64,000 nt of DNA, taken from NCBI GenBank assembly GCA_963836235.1, contig CAWIIP010000002.1, positions 1,280,001 through 1,344,000 of the forward strand. Reading direction: 5' to 3'. The notes beneath the pieces are model-generated. The model was given only the letters and a program-made list of their open reading frames with translations. It made no database searches and was not told where the DNA came from. Positions within the stretch are counted from its first letter, which is position 1. Every line of letters starts with the position of its first letter. Of this stretch, positions 1-10,655 are shown in pieces. Position numbers and translations under genes: made by a program. The stretch comes from an uncultured Pseudomonadota bacterium (lineage in GTDB: Bacteria; Oederibacteriota; Muellerivitia; Muellerivitales; Muellerivitaceae).

Positions 1-135
1 TCCCACGATTTTCCCATCCGGCCCGCTCCCGGTGGTTCCGGAAACATGGATATAAGGACCGACTTTTACCGCCCGAGAATATCCCAGAATGGGTTCCCAC
101 TTGGATCCGGTACTAATATTTTCCCTTTTAGCCAC
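1..135 (-). CDS. RidA/YjgF family protein (3' end runs off the window)
   Basis: Not in the ORF track. Manual translation from GTG at 135 gives [36 protein letters not shown], which carries the GYSRAV...VSGTT RidA-like motif. AAGGAG RBS at 142-147. Confidence 0.85.
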   Translation of the reverse strand, partial: MAKRENISTGSKWEPILGYSRAVKVGPYIHVSGTTGSGPDGKIVG

Positions 136-204
136 CTGTAACTCCTTAGGGTGAAATAATTTCTAAACTTCAAGTCCGGTAAGCCGGAATGCTAACGGGT
201 GGAA

Positions 205-516
205 TTAACCAACACCCGTCTTCCGGGGGGCGCTTATCTGCCGGGCGGTGTTGATGGAAGTATGGGGCCGGGCGGGGCCGCCCTTTTCGTGTTTGTGGAT
301 ATGGTCATGGGGATGGTCGTGAGGGTGTTCATGGTCGTGGTCATGCTCCTCAGCCTTAACCTTGGCGGCTGCGTCGGCGTTTACTTTGGCGAGGGCCCCG
401 CTTTGGGCCTTTTCATCCGCCTGCAAATGGCACTTCTTATATTTTTTCCCCGAACCACAGGGACATGCGTCGTTGCGTCCCGTCTTTAATCTGGTCTGCC
501 AGTCATTCTCGGCCAT
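205..516 (-). CDS. SEC-C motif protein with His-rich tract
   Basis: [18 protein letters not shown] zinc-binding motif followed by [19 protein letters not shown]. Confidence 0.85.
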   Translation of the reverse strand: MAENDWQTRLKTGRNDACPCGSGKKYKKCHLQADEKAQSGALAKVNADAAAKVKAEEHDHDHEHPHDHPHDHIHKHEKGGPARPHTSINTARQISAPRKTGVG

Positions 517-580
517 AGGCCCTCCTTACGATCTCATTCTTTAATGGATTTCATTATAAACCGTCTATTATGCGCAAAAG

Positions 581-2251
581 CTACTTTTTAGACCCGCTTT
601 TGGCCGCTTCCTTGGCCCTTTTAGCTTCCAAGGCTGTCCATTCAACATAGTCCGCGTAGCTTCCCTTGAAGTCGGCATAGGTGCCGTCGGGCTTTAATTC
701 CAAGACACGGTTAGCGACTTTTCCGATCAGGTCCTGGTCATGGCTGGAGAAGATAACCGTGCCGGTATATTCGGCAAGGGCCGTGCTCAGGGACTCAATG
801 GATTCTAGGTCCATGTGGTTGGTAGGCTCGTCCATGATAAGTACATTGCCACCTTCTAACATCAACCGGGATAACACCATACGCTGGCACTCTCCTCCGG
901 AAAGAACTTTCACATTCTTATCTTGTTCTTCGCCGGTGAAAAGCATGCGGCCCAACATTCCCCGGATCACCTGGCCCTCTTCAAGCGGGGCGAACTGGCG
1001 CAGCCACTCCAGGGCCGTCATATCACGGGTCAATTCTTCTTTCACATCCTGCGGCATGCTGGAAAGCTTCACGGTACTTCCCCAAACCGCCTGCCCCTCG
1101 TCGATCTTAACGCCCCATTCGGCCAGGGTCGAACCCTCGGCATGATAGGAACCTACCAGGCTTTTGATCAGAGTCGTTTTACCGATGCCGTTGGAGCCAA
1201 TGATGGCGATCTTGTCCCCATTGCCCACGATGAAAGTGATCTTTTTCAAAACTTTTAAGTCACCATAGGACTTACTGATGCTCTTGACGTTCAGGATGTC
1301 CTTGCCGGCTGGCTGTTTTTCCTTGAAGAAAAGCCGGGGATACTGCCTCGAAGACTGGATGATGGTTTCCAACTCGATCTTCTCCAAAAGCCGGGCCCGG
1401 CTGGTGGCTTGGGCGCTCTTGGAGGCATTGGCGGAAAACCGGGCGACGAAGGCTTTCAGTTCCGCGATTTGTTTTTCCTTGCGGGTGTTTTCCGTCAACT
1501 TGCTGTCCAGGTTCTGTTTGGACGCCATGACGAAAAAGTCGTAATTGCCCGAATAGACCGTTACCTTTTCCCGGTCCACGTCGGCGATGTGGGTGCAGAT
1601 GTGGTTTAGGAAATGCCGGTCATGGGAAATGACAATGATCGTGCCATCATAAGAGTTCAGGTAATCTTCCAACCAGTCAATGGTACGGATATCCAGATTG
1701 TTGGTAGGCTCGTCGAGAAGCAGCACATCCGGTTTGGCGTAAAGCACTTGGGCCAGCAAGACCCGGACTTTCCAACCTCCCGTTAATTGCTTCATTTTCC
1801 AGTCGTGTTTTTCGGTTTCAACCCCGAGGCCTTCCAAAAGTTCCCCGGCCCCGGCGGTCAGGGCATAGCCGTCCATGTCACCAAAATGGGACTCCAGCTC
1901 GGCAGCCCGGATGCCCTCGTCATGGGTCATGTTGGGCTTGGCATAAAGGGTGTCTTTTTCCTGCTGGATCTTCCAGAGGTCTTCCCGGCCCATGAGGACC
2001 GTATCCAAGACGCTGTACTCATCAAAGGCATATTGGTCCTGTTTGAGCATGGCGACTTTGACGCCCCGATCCACGGCAATCTCCCCGTCGTCCGGCTTGA
2101 TCTGCCCCGCCAATATTTTCATGAAAGTGGATTTCCCCGCGCCGTTGGCGCCGATCAGGCCGTAGCAATAGCCCGGGTTGAACTTGACCGTGACGTGGTC
2201 AAAGAGAGTTTTCTTGCCGAAACGAAGGGTAACGTCTTTAGCCGAAATCAT
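581..2251 (-). CDS. ABC-F family ATPase (YbiT-like)
   Basis: Two ABC domains (GANGAGKST, LLLDEPTN; GSNGIGKTT, LSGGE, MDEPTNH) and no TM segments. Start placed at MISAKDV. Confidence 0.92.
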   Translation of the reverse strand: MISAKDVTLRFGKKTLFDHVTVKFNPGYCYGLIGANGAGKSTFMKILAGQIKPDDGEIAVDRGVKVAMLKQDQYAFDEYSVLDTVLMGREDLWKIQQEKDTLYAKPNMTHDEGIRAAELESHFGDMDGYALTAGAGELLEGLGVETEKHDWKMKQLTGGWKVRVLLAQVLYAKPDVLLLDEPTNNLDIRTIDWLEDYLNSYDGTIIVISHDRHFLNHICTHIADVDREKVTVYSGNYDFFVMASKQNLDSKLTENTRKEKQIAELKAFVARFSANASKSAQATSRARLLEKIELETIIQSSRQYPRLFFKEKQPAGKDILNVKSISKSYGDLKVLKKITFIVGNGDKIAIIGSNGIGKTTLIKSLVGSYHAEGSTLAEWGVKIDEGQAVWGSTVKLSSMPQDVKEELTRDMTALEWLRQFAPLEEGQVIRGMLGRMLFTGEEQDKNVKVLSGGECQRMVLSRLMLEGGNVLIMDEPTNHMDLESIESLSTALAEYTGTVIFSSHDQDLIGKVANRVLELKPDGTYADFKGSYADYVEWTALEAKRAKEAAKSGSKK

Positions 2252-2453
2252 TTTTTTGCCTTTATTTGAATCTAAACCAACGTCCAACACGAAACCATAA
2301 AGGCACCCAGAAAACTATCTTTTTCCAAAACATTATGAGTCTTTTCGACTTTACGTCTTCGTGGCTTCGTGCCGGCTTTGGGTTTCGAAGTCCGCAATTT
2401 TCGGATGATTTGGGGGGAGAGTCAAGAAGGATTAAAGCCACAAATAGGGAGAG

Positions 2454-3113
2454 TTAATGTTGGGGTGCAGGTGTCTTTTCTTCCAGTTTCGACAAAAGGT
2501 CCTGCCAGGCCTGCAAGTCGCCCTGCTCATCGATTCGGAGATGGTGGTTGCGGTAACGAAATTTGCCATGGTCCAGCTGGATGACCTCGTTGGCTTTCGC
2601 CATCTTGGTCTGGCCGTGGAAATCGGCTACGACCGCGCCCTCATAGGAAATGATTTTGAAAGCCTCTTCTTTCCTTGAAAACTCAAACAAAGTGCCATGG
2701 GCGTGGCATAAGACGCTTCCCGCGGAGACGCTAAAAGACCATGTGTGGGTTGGGTCCAACTGGCAAAGCATCCGGCCGGTCACCAGGTTGATCTCGCATT
2801 GAAATCCCTTGTCCCCCGATCGGAGTCGGGTGACTCGGATTTTCGTGCGGGGTGCCAGGTAAAGATAAGACTTTCCCTTGAGCCTCAAGACCGCGTCGCT
2901 GTCGGGGCCCGTGACGACCTTATCCCCGTCATCCAGGGTCTGGCTTTGGTAGAGCCGGGAAGTCTCGTCGTTTTCATCGTGGTAAGCCGTCACCATACCT
3001 TTGGCCTCGACGACACGGAAGCGGGAGTCTTCATCTTGGGCCAAAGTTATTCCGGGCCAAAGGACCAGCTCCAGGGCCAAAAAAGTGGCAAAGACAAGCG
3101 GATAAGATTTCAT
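2454..3113 (-). CDS. Secreted FecR-domain protein
   Basis: Signal peptide, then GDKVVTGPDSDAVL, AHGTLF and YEGAV FecR-like motifs. Start uncertain (3113-3143). Confidence 0.7.
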   Translation of the reverse strand: MKSYPLVFATFLALELVLWPGITLAQDEDSRFRVVEAKGMVTAYHDENDETSRLYQSQTLDDGDKVVTGPDSDAVLRLKGKSYLYLAPRTKIRVTRLRSGDKGFQCEINLVTGRMLCQLDPTHTWSFSVSAGSVLCHAHGTLFEFSRKEEAFKIISYEGAVVADFHGQTKMAKANEVIQLDHGKFRYRNHHLRIDEQGDLQAWQDLLSKLEEKTPAPQH

Positions 3114-3254
3114 ACAGTGATTCATGTCCCTTTCTGGAATCAAACGGCGACATTATAGGCCGGTAAGCCATTCCAGGAAATTCATTTTAAAAAAGAGGTT
3201 AAACCGTCATTTTATCGAAAGAAGAGAGGATGGTGACATTTGAGGCGCAATCCG

Positions 3255-3935
3255 TTAATGAAGTTTTTTTATTTTTTGTTTCAGGAGACCGCTTAACGCG
3301 GCCAAAAAAACCATCATCCCACCCACAACCGCGACCAAGTTCCAAGGAATCCTTTCCCCAGATAAACCTTGATGAACAGCATCGGCTCCGGCCACATAAA
3401 CAATAACGCCGGGAATCATACAGAGCCAGGACCAAAAGGCGTAAGCCCAAAAATTGATCCGAGTCAAACCAAAAGCGTAATTGAGAAGGTTAAAGGGGAG
3501 TAATGGAAATAAGCGGGTTAGTATCACAACCCAAACACCATTGGAAGCCATCCATTGATCCAATTTCTTGAAACTTTCAAACCTCCCCAAGTAATGATTC
3601 ACCGATTCACGGGCGAAATAGCGGGCCACTAAAAAGGCGAGGCAGGCTCCGACCGTGATTCCAATATTGGAGACGATGACTCCCACCACCGTTCCGAAAA
3701 GAATCCCCGCCAGGAAGGCGAATAAAGTCACGGGTAACGCGGCCAAGACCCATGCGGCATATATCAGGGTGAAAACGACGGGCCCCCATGCTCCCAAGGA
3801 TTTAATCCAATCTTGCAACGCGGTCAATTGGCCGCCTAAATGCAGAATTTTGAATAGAACCAGGATGAGTGCCAAGAAAAATATCAGGAAAACCGGCTTC
3901 CACCCATCTTTCCAAGACCTCGTTTGGGTTTTCAT
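3255..3935 (-). CDS. TVP38/TMEM64 (DedA/VTT) membrane protein
   Basis: GACLAFLVARY and RLFPLLPFNLLNYAFGLT motifs. Confidence 0.9.
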   Translation of the reverse strand: MKTQTRSWKDGWKPVFLIFFLALILVLFKILHLGGQLTALQDWIKSLGAWGPVVFTLIYAAWVLAALPVTLFAFLAGILFGTVVGVIVSNIGITVGACLAFLVARYFARESVNHYLGRFESFKKLDQWMASNGVWVVILTRLFPLLPFNLLNYAFGLTRINFWAYAFWSWLCMIPGVIVYVAGADAVHQGLSGERIPWNLVAVVGGMMVFLAALSGLLKQKIKKLH

Positions 3936-3992
3936 TTCAGTCCTTTAAGGTACCGGAAAAATCACGCAAGGGGGTTTTCAATTTTGGGAGGC

Positions 3993-6620
3993 TTATTGAA
4001 AATAACTTTCTAAAAGTTTGGCCACCAGGGAAGTCCAGCCTGTCTGGTGACTGGCACCCAGGCCCTTGCCATTGTCCCCATTGAAGTATTCGTAGAAGAG
4101 GGCCAGATCTTTCCAAGCCGGGTCCGTGGCAAAGCGGGGATCGCCCCCATGGCAGGGACGGTTTCCTTTTTCATCCGGCAGGAATAGCCGGTTCAACCGC
4201 CGTCCCAGGAATTGGGCGACTTCCCCCAGGTTCATCCATTGGCCCGAACCCGTGGGACATTCGACCTTTAAATCCTCCCCGTAAAAGTGATGATAGCGTT
4301 CCAGAGATTCCACCAAAAGAAAATTGAGCGGCATCCAAACAGGCCCGCGCCAGTTGGAATTGCCGCCGAAGATGTCGCACTGGGACTCCGCCGGTTCATA
4401 GTCGATGAGGTTCTGCTGGCCATCCAGGTCGAATCGATAAGGGTGGTCCTGGTGAAACTTGGAAAGGGCCCGGATGCCGTAAGGGGACAGGAACTCTTTT
4501 TCGTCCAAGACATAGCGGAGGACCCTCAAAAGCCGTTCCTTCGAGGGCACGGCCAGCAGGTAACAGCCCTTCCCAGCCTCCCCCTCATCCCGCCGCAGGA
4601 TCGGTTCGGCTTCCTTGGGCTTGTGCTGCATGAACCATTTCATGCGCTTGTAGAATTCCGGAAGTTTTTCGAGGGTTTCTTCCTTGAGGATTTCCACGGC
4701 GAAAAGGGGGATGATCCCCACCGCCGAGCGGATTTTCAGGGGCATTACCGAACCGTTGTAATGGAGCTGGTCGTAGTAAAAACCGTCGGCCTCATCCCAT
4801 AAACCGGTTCCGCCCAGGCTGTTCATGGCGTTGACGATGGAAAGAAAATGCTCGAAAAACTTGGTGGCCATGTCCTCCGTAGCCGGGTTCTCCACGGAAA
4901 GCTCCAAGGCCATGGAAAGCAGCGTCCCGCAGTAAAAGGCCATCCAAGCCGTGCCGTCGGCCTGGTCCAGGATCGTCCCCGCCTTCAACTGCCCCCGGTC
5001 GAAGACGCCGATGTTGTCAAGGCCGAGGAATCCGCCCGAGAAAAGATTGTTCCCTTCCGCGTCCTTGCGGTTGACCCACCAGGTGAAATTGAGCAGCAGC
5101 TTTTGGAAGACCCGCGAGAGGAACACCCGGTCCCTTTGCCCCTTGGGGGCGCTCATCTTATAGACCCGCCAAGCGGCCCAGGCATGCAGGGGAGGGTTCA
5201 CATCGGAGAAGGCGAATTCATAGGCCGGGATTTGGCCGTTGGGATGCATGTACCATTCGCGCAAAAGGAGGATCAGCTGGTGCTTGGCGAAAAAGGGGTC
5301 CAGCCGGGCGAAGGGGATCGTGTGAAAAGCCAAGTCCCAGGCCGCAAACCAGGGATATTCCCAATTGTCGGGCATGGAAAGGACGTCCTCCGCCCCAAAA
5401 TGGGACCAATCGTGGTTACGCCCTTTTTTACGGTTTTCATCCACCGGGGGTTGGTTGGGATCCCCTTCCAGCCATTGGTCCAGGTGGTAAAGGTAAAATT
5501 GTTTGGACCATAAAAGCCCCGCGTAAGCCTGCTCCGACACAACCCTTTCTTCCGCAGAAAGCTCTTTGGGAATCTTCAGGTCGTAATAGGCCGTGGTTTC
5601 CTTGGCCCTGTCCTCAAAGACCTTGTCGAAATCCGGTCCGAAAGCCTGGGGCAAGTCCTGGTTGGAAAGCCTGAGCCGCAAAACCTCTTGCCCTCCCGCC
5701 GGGAGGTTAAGCCTGTAATAAAAAGCGGCCTTGGTCCCTTGGCTCGGATGGATTTCCCCTGGGTCCCTCTTCGTCACATATTCGTGAAAGGCGTCCTTCA
5801 CATAAGGCGATTTATTTTTCGATTGGAATATTCTCTCGAAATTGGTTTCGTTCTCGGTAAAAAGAATTTCGGGTTTTCCTTCGGCTTTGAGGAACAATGG
5901 TCCTAACGCTGGATGTTGGAGGGAAATTTCGTCCGCGGCTTTTTGAATGACCGCTTTGGGCCAATAGCCTTCTTGGGTCCTTCCCCAATCCCAGGTATTG
6001 CGAAGCCACAGGGTCGGAAGCACATGCAAAGGGGCGGCCTCAGGCCCCCGGTTGACCGCCGTCAAACGGATCAGGATATCGTCAGGTCCCGCCTTGGCGT
6101 ATTCCACGAAAAAATCAAAATAACGGTTGTCGTTGAAAACTCCCGTGTCGGCCAACTCGAACTCCGGGTCCCGCTTACCCCGCTTGTGGTTTTCTTCCAC
6201 CAGCCGGTCATAGGGAAACTCGGATTGGGGATATTTATAAAGGGCTTTCATATAGGAGTGGGTGGGCGCGGAGGAGAGGTAAAAATAGGACTCTTTCACG
6301 TCCTCCCCATGGTTGCCCTCGTCGCTGTTCAGGCCGAACAGGCGTTCTTTCAGGATCGGGTCTTTGCCGTTCCAAAGGGCGGAAGCGAAGCAAACCAAGC
6401 CCTTGCTGTCGGAGAGGCCGAGCAAACCATCCTCTCCCCAGCGATAGGTCCGGCTTCGCGCCTGGTCGTGGGGAAAGTAATCCCAGCAAGTGCCGTTGGG
6501 GGAATAATCCTCCCGGACCGTTCCCCACTGCCGTTCGGAAAGGTAAGGCCCCCATTTTTTCCAGGGATGGTTGCCATTGACGAAAAGGTCAAGGCGTTGG
6601 GATTCGGGATCTAAATTCAT
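3993..6620 (-). CDS. MGH1-like (GH63-related) glucosidase
   Basis: WGPYLSERQWGTVREDYS, MPDNWEYPWFAAWDLAFH, NSNWRGPVW and GASHQTGWT motifs. True start at MNLDPES, with an ATGA overlap with the upstream stop. Confidence 0.92.
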   Translation of the reverse strand: MNLDPESQRLDLFVNGNHPWKKWGPYLSERQWGTVREDYSPNGTCWDYFPHDQARSRTYRWGEDGLLGLSDSKGLVCFASALWNGKDPILKERLFGLNSDEGNHGEDVKESYFYLSSAPTHSYMKALYKYPQSEFPYDRLVEENHKRGKRDPEFELADTGVFNDNRYFDFFVEYAKAGPDDILIRLTAVNRGPEAAPLHVLPTLWLRNTWDWGRTQEGYWPKAVIQKAADEISLQHPALGPLFLKAEGKPEILFTENETNFERIFQSKNKSPYVKDAFHEYVTKRDPGEIHPSQGTKAAFYYRLNLPAGGQEVLRLRLSNQDLPQAFGPDFDKVFEDRAKETTAYYDLKIPKELSAEERVVSEQAYAGLLWSKQFYLYHLDQWLEGDPNQPPVDENRKKGRNHDWSHFGAEDVLSMPDNWEYPWFAAWDLAFHTIPFARLDPFFAKHQLILLLREWYMHPNGQIPAYEFAFSDVNPPLHAWAAWRVYKMSAPKGQRDRVFLSRVFQKLLLNFTWWVNRKDAEGNNLFSGGFLGLDNIGVFDRGQLKAGTILDQADGTAWMAFYCGTLLSMALELSVENPATEDMATKFFEHFLSIVNAMNSLGGTGLWDEADGFYYDQLHYNGSVMPLKIRSAVGIIPLFAVEILKEETLEKLPEFYKRMKWFMQHKPKEAEPILRRDEGEAGKGCYLLAVPSKERLLRVLRYVLDEKEFLSPYGIRALSKFHQDHPYRFDLDGQQNLIDYEPAESQCDIFGGNSNWRGPVWMPLNFLLVESLERYHHFYGEDLKVECPTGSGQWMNLGEVAQFLGRRLNRLFLPDEKGNRPCHGGDPRFATDPAWKDLALFYEYFNGDNGKGLGASHQTGWTSLVAKLLESYFQ

Positions 6621-8551
6621 TTCTCTTGGAGAACCACTTGGTCCAATCGGATGGCTTCGCCCAGGGACCAGGCTTGAAAAGGGCAGCCCCTGGGAATGAA
6701 AGGATCTTCCCCATCGGCGATTTCCGGCAGGTGCCCGAGCCCAGATTGGCTCAAATGGTCCAGCAGGGGTTGTAAAAATTTTTCGCGGGCTTCCTCTTTG
6801 GCTTGGGGGCTGTTTCCCCTCACCCTGACCCAGGCTTCCACGAAGGGTCCCATCAGCCAGGGCCAAACCGTGCCTTGGTGGTAGGAACTGTCCCTTTCCA
6901 ATACACCGCCCTGGTAATGCCGCCGAAAACCCGGCTCACCCGGGGCCAGCGAGCGCAACCCGAGTGGCGTTAGCAGCCGGCTTTCGACCGCCTGAACCAC
7001 GAGTTTGGATTTTTCATCGTCCAAAAGGGTCAAGGGCAACCCTCCCACCGCGAAAATCTGGTTTGGCCGGAAGGAGGAGTCGCCGGTACCCGGCTGGCGT
7101 TTCACGTCCACCACGTCGTACAAGTAACGGCCTGCCCCTTTCCAAAACCGGTTTTGGAAGGAAACCAGGGCCTTCTTGAATAAAGTTTCCCATCGGTCGG
7201 AAAAATGCCCTCCGACCCAAAGAGCGTTGATCCAAAGGGCTTCCACTTCCACGGGCTTGCCCACCCGAGGTGTGACCGCTTTGTTGTTGACCCGGGCATC
7301 CATCCAAGTCAGGGAATCGTCCCCCTCCCCCGCCCAGAGCAGGCCGTCCTCGTCCGCCTTGATTCCCCAGCGGGTTCCTTGGAAGTAACCTTGCAATATT
7401 TGCTCGACCGGAGCTTGGAACTCGCTCCAGTCTTTTTTGGAAATATTCCCTTCCCGGGCCGCCTTCAAATAATCGTAAACGGCGATCACGTACCAAAGGG
7501 ACGCGTCCACCGAGTGATATTCGGGCGCCTCCCCTAAATCGGGAAAGCGGTTGGGAACCATTCCTTGGGAAATGGCCTTGGCCCACTCCAGCAGGATTTT
7601 CCGGGTTTCCTCCAACCGTCCCAGGGCCAGCCCCAAGCCCCGGATGGAAACGAAGGTATCCCGGCCCCAATCGGTGAACCAGGGATAACCCGCGATAATC
7701 GTCTCGCCCTCCCCCCGCTTCGCGAAATATTGGTCGGCGGCCTGGGCCAGGGGACCGGTGAAAGACTGGCGCCGCTTCTCTTCCTGGGTCCGGTAACGGT
7801 CGAAAACTTCTTCCACTTTTTGCAGCGCATCCGGGGAACCGGGTTTTTCGCCTCCCGCTTGGAAAATGAGCAGGGCCCGGGTCTTGGTGAAGTTCCATTG
7901 GAAAAGCCCCGGCGTGGCCAAATCCTCCACCGCGTCCAATCCCCTCTGCTGCTCTTGTTCGTAAAGGAACTGGCGGTACCAGTCGGGCTGATGGTGGTAA
8001 TGGCCGTTATGAAGGGCTGTCAAAAGGGGGGCGTGGGAATAGGGTTTCCAATAGACGGACTTCTCGAAAATGTCCGCGTCGAATTGGAATTCCTTGTTCT
8101 CATGTTGGAGCGAATGGTAATCCACGAAGGAAAGTAGTGGCCTCACCGAAAGCCGCACCGGCTCCTTGGCGTTCAGGAGCTTCCAGGAAACCACCACTGC
8201 GGCCTCGCCCTTGGGGACAAAAAGCTCTTGTTCCAGCGCCATGCCATGGGGAAGGCGGTACACCCATTTCGGCCAAGGATCGGTTTGGAAGGACTCGATG
8301 GATTCGGACCCGTTGGGCGTGATAACTCCGGGGAAATACATCTGGGAGGACAAATGGAAGAGACTGTCGTCGATTTCAACCCAGGCATCCAATCCTTTCA
8401 CGAGGGTCATGCGGCCCGTGGGAGGCGTGGCGGCGGTCAAAAGGAGCGAATGGTAACGCCGGGTGCGGATGCCAATAGTGGTTCCGGAAGCGAAACCTCC
8501 CAAACCATCCGTCTCTAGCCATTCAGTTTCTCGATTAAGGGATAGGGGCAT
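6617..8551 (-). CDS. Amylo-alpha-1,6-glucosidase (glycogen debranching enzyme)
   Basis: EWLETDGLGGFASGT, IIAGYPWFTDWGRDT, LTWMDA, YHQGTVWPW and GCPFQAWS motifs. Confidence 0.93.
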   Translation of the reverse strand: MPLSLNRETEWLETDGLGGFASGTTIGIRTRRYHSLLLTAATPPTGRMTLVKGLDAWVEIDDSLFHLSSQMYFPGVITPNGSESIESFQTDPWPKWVYRLPHGMALEQELFVPKGEAAVVVSWKLLNAKEPVRLSVRPLLSFVDYHSLQHENKEFQFDADIFEKSVYWKPYSHAPLLTALHNGHYHHQPDWYRQFLYEQEQQRGLDAVEDLATPGLFQWNFTKTRALLIFQAGGEKPGSPDALQKVEEVFDRYRTQEEKRRQSFTGPLAQAADQYFAKRGEGETIIAGYPWFTDWGRDTFVSIRGLGLALGRLEETRKILLEWAKAISQGMVPNRFPDLGEAPEYHSVDASLWYVIAVYDYLKAAREGNISKKDWSEFQAPVEQILQGYFQGTRWGIKADEDGLLWAGEGDDSLTWMDARVNNKAVTPRVGKPVEVEALWINALWVGGHFSDRWETLFKKALVSFQNRFWKGAGRYLYDVVDVKRQPGTGDSSFRPNQIFAVGGLPLTLLDDEKSKLVVQAVESRLLTPLGLRSLAPGEPGFRRHYQGGVLERDSSYHQGTVWPWLMGPFVEAWVRVRGNSPQAKEEAREKFLQPLLDHLSQSGLGHLPEIADGEDPFIPRGCPFQAWSLGEAIRLDQVVLQEK

Positions 8552-8568
8552 TTGAAATCCTATGATTT

Positions 8569-9711
8569 TTATACGAACGTAATAATGTTTTTTATTCCGC
8601 CCGGATCGCCCAAAAGCAGGTCCTTGTGTTTCTCCGGGGCGAACCGGCCCGTGATCAGCGCCTTGACGGCCTGGGGCCAGCGCTTCTTGAAAACCGCCAG
8701 GTCCTCAATAGCCTTCACATAGGCGTTCTTGCCCGCGTTGACCGACCCGAAAACCACTTGGTTTTTCAAGACCAGGTCACGCATCAATAAATCCGTGTCC
8801 ACCTCGATGGGGGCTTTGCGTCCCGGCACTCCGGTAAAAACGAAAACACCGTTGGTGCCCAGATACTTCATCATCTCAAAGGAAAGCCGGGAAGCGCCCG
8901 TTGCCTCGTAAACCAAATCCACGTTGCCCACTTGGGCGGCCAATTGTTCCAGGCTGGTCACCGAGCCAGAAACGTAAGTGGCTCCAATTTCCTGGGTCAG
9001 CTGGGCCTTCGGCGATCCCTCCGGTTCCTTGGAATAAACGAAGGTCTTGAATCCCGCCGCGCAAAGAAGCATGGCGCCCAAAAGGCCCACCGGCCCGGCC
9101 CCTAAAACAACGGCATTGTGGGGATAGCCGATTTCCGCGGGTGGTATTCTTTCGCCTTGGCGGTGGGGATGCTGGTCGTGGCGGCAGGCCCAGGGCAGGC
9201 GGGCCTGAATGTCCCAGACTTGGAGGAGCGATTTTTCCGCGATGGTCAGGGGTTCGGTGAGCACCCCCACGTCCCGCAATTCCGCCGGAACGAGGTTCAT
9301 GTATTTTTCGTCGTCCACCACTGTCTCCGTCATGAATCCATGCAAGCCGTTGATGCCTCTTTCTTTGTAACCACCGGTGGTGCAAAAATCCTGGCGGCCG
9401 ACTCGGCAAGGGATACAATGGGGATCCCCACAGGGGCGGCGCACGATGGTGACGACCAGGTCGCCGGGCTTCAGGCTTTTCACGCCCGGTCCCGCTTCCA
9501 TTACCTGTCCCAGGGATTCGTGGCCTAAGATCAGGTAATCCGACCCGGCCGGCGGTGTGCCATATTCGAAAGAACAGATTTCCTTGTCGGTCCCACAGAC
9601 CCCGATATCAAGCATTTTAAGTTTCACTTCGGTCGGGCCTTGAAAGGCGGGCGCCGGCGCGTCGATTAATTGGACCTGTCTTTTTGCTGGGAAAACAGCG
9701 ATGGCTTTCAT
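8569..9711 (-). CDS. Zn-dependent glucose 1-dehydrogenase (MDR family)
   Basis: GVCGTD, LGHE, Cys cluster (VRRPC..CIPC..DFC), GAGPVG and GSVNA. Start at MKAIAVF after a GAGG RBS. Confidence 0.87.
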   Translation of the reverse strand: MKAIAVFPAKRQVQLIDAPAPAFQGPTEVKLKMLDIGVCGTDKEICSFEYGTPPAGSDYLILGHESLGQVMEAGPGVKSLKPGDLVVTIVRRPCGDPHCIPCRVGRQDFCTTGGYKERGINGLHGFMTETVVDDEKYMNLVPAELRDVGVLTEPLTIAEKSLLQVWDIQARLPWACRHDQHPHRQGERIPPAEIGYPHNAVVLGAGPVGLLGAMLLCAAGFKTFVYSKEPEGSPKAQLTQEIGATYVSGSVTSLEQLAAQVGNVDLVYEATGASRLSFEMMKYLGTNGVFVFTGVPGRKAPIEVDTDLLMRDLVLKNQVVFGSVNAGKNAYVKAIEDLAVFKKRWPQAVKALITGRFAPEKHKDLLLGDPGGIKNIITFV

Positions 9712-9901
9712 GCGCACCTCTTGAAGAGCGAATCCGGGAATAAAATCCCTTGGACACCCATCATAAAGGCACGAGGTGCCTTTTTTCATGGGTTAAAGTT
9801 ACTTTTACGTAACTCGATAAGGATGAGGAGGATTTATTTTTGTCGGACTCCCGGTTAGCATGAATCTGTTCCAAATCTACGGTTTCAAGGAGATCAAAAA
9901 C

Positions 9902-10144
9902 ATGTCAGAACCCCACATCGCAATGAAAGCGCCCGCCAAAGTCGAACTGGAAGCCGGAAAAACCTACGCCTGGTGCGCCTGCGGCCATTCCCAAAGCCAG
10001 CCCTTTTGCGATGGGTCGCACAAGGCCCATCCGCCCTTCGTTCCCCTCGTCTTCAAGGCCGAGGAATCCAAGACCGCCTTCCTCTGCCAGTGCAAGCACT
10101 CGAGCAACAAACCCTACTGCGACGGCACGCACAAAACCCTCTAA
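9902..10144 (+). CDS. CDGSH iron-sulfur protein with two motifs (MiNT/CISD3-like)
   Basis: WCACGHSQSQPFCDGSH and LCQCKHSSNKPYCDGTH. AAGGAG RBS. Confidence 0.92.
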   Translation: MSEPHIAMKAPAKVELEAGKTYAWCACGHSQSQPFCDGSHKAHPPFVPLVFKAEESKTAFLCQCKHSSNKPYCDGTHKTL

Positions 10145-10154
10145 AATTCTTTCC

Positions 10155-10193
10155 AAAAAAAAGCCGGACAGGAAATCCTGTCCGGCTTTTTTT
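10155..10193. terminator. Bidirectional intrinsic terminator
   Basis: A-tract-GCCGGACAGG-aaat-CCTGTCCGGC-T-tract between convergent genes. Confidence 0.9.
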
Positions 10194-10239
10194 ATTGGGG
10201 CCTTTCAATATTCATCCGGATAACGGGGGGAAATGAACT

Positions 10240-10584
10240 TTATTCCGGTTGTAAACCGCCAAGGAAATTTTGGAGATTACCCTCGGACATCTCCGAAATC
10301 GGGAAAAACCTCAGCCCGCAAAGGGCCTCCCGGGCCCAAACGATCTTTCCGAAAGCTTCCACGATTTGGTCCCGGCTCATGTCGAAGCGCAATTTTAGGT
10401 AGGAACCCACCTGGAGGGGTTTGGGGGTTTTCAAGCAAAGGCCGCCGCCGCTGATGTCTTGGGATAGTCCGGAAAGAATCGTTTCCTCGGAGTCGACTGA
10501 ATAGGAGGGGAACACCGGATAAATCTCCACCGGTTTTTGGAACGGCATCCGGTTGTATTGCCTTTTATCAACATCAGGATTCAT
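10240..10584 (-). CDS. Stand-alone PilZ domain protein
   Basis: RQYNR (RxxxR) and DISGGG (DxSxxG) c-di-GMP-binding motifs. Confidence 0.88.
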   Translation of the reverse strand: MNPDVDKRQYNRMPFQKPVEIYPVFPSYSVDSEETILSGLSQDISGGGLCLKTPKPLQVGSYLKLRFDMSRDQIVEAFGKIVWAREALCGLRFFPISEMSEGNLQNFLGGLQPE

Positions 10585-10655
10585 GCGGGCCTCTTCAGAA
10601 AAGGTAGATCAGTTTCTCTTTTTTTACAATATTTGAAAAGGGGAAAATGGACTTT

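Noticed and set aside
6621-6866. N-terminal extension of the glucosidase ORF
   Set aside because: It overlaps the debranching enzyme gene out of frame. The ATGA-coupled start at 6620 fits better.
3255-9711. Glucose dehydrogenase/debranching enzyme/glucosidase cluster as a novel system
   Set aside because: All members are known families in a coherent alpha-glucan catabolism context.
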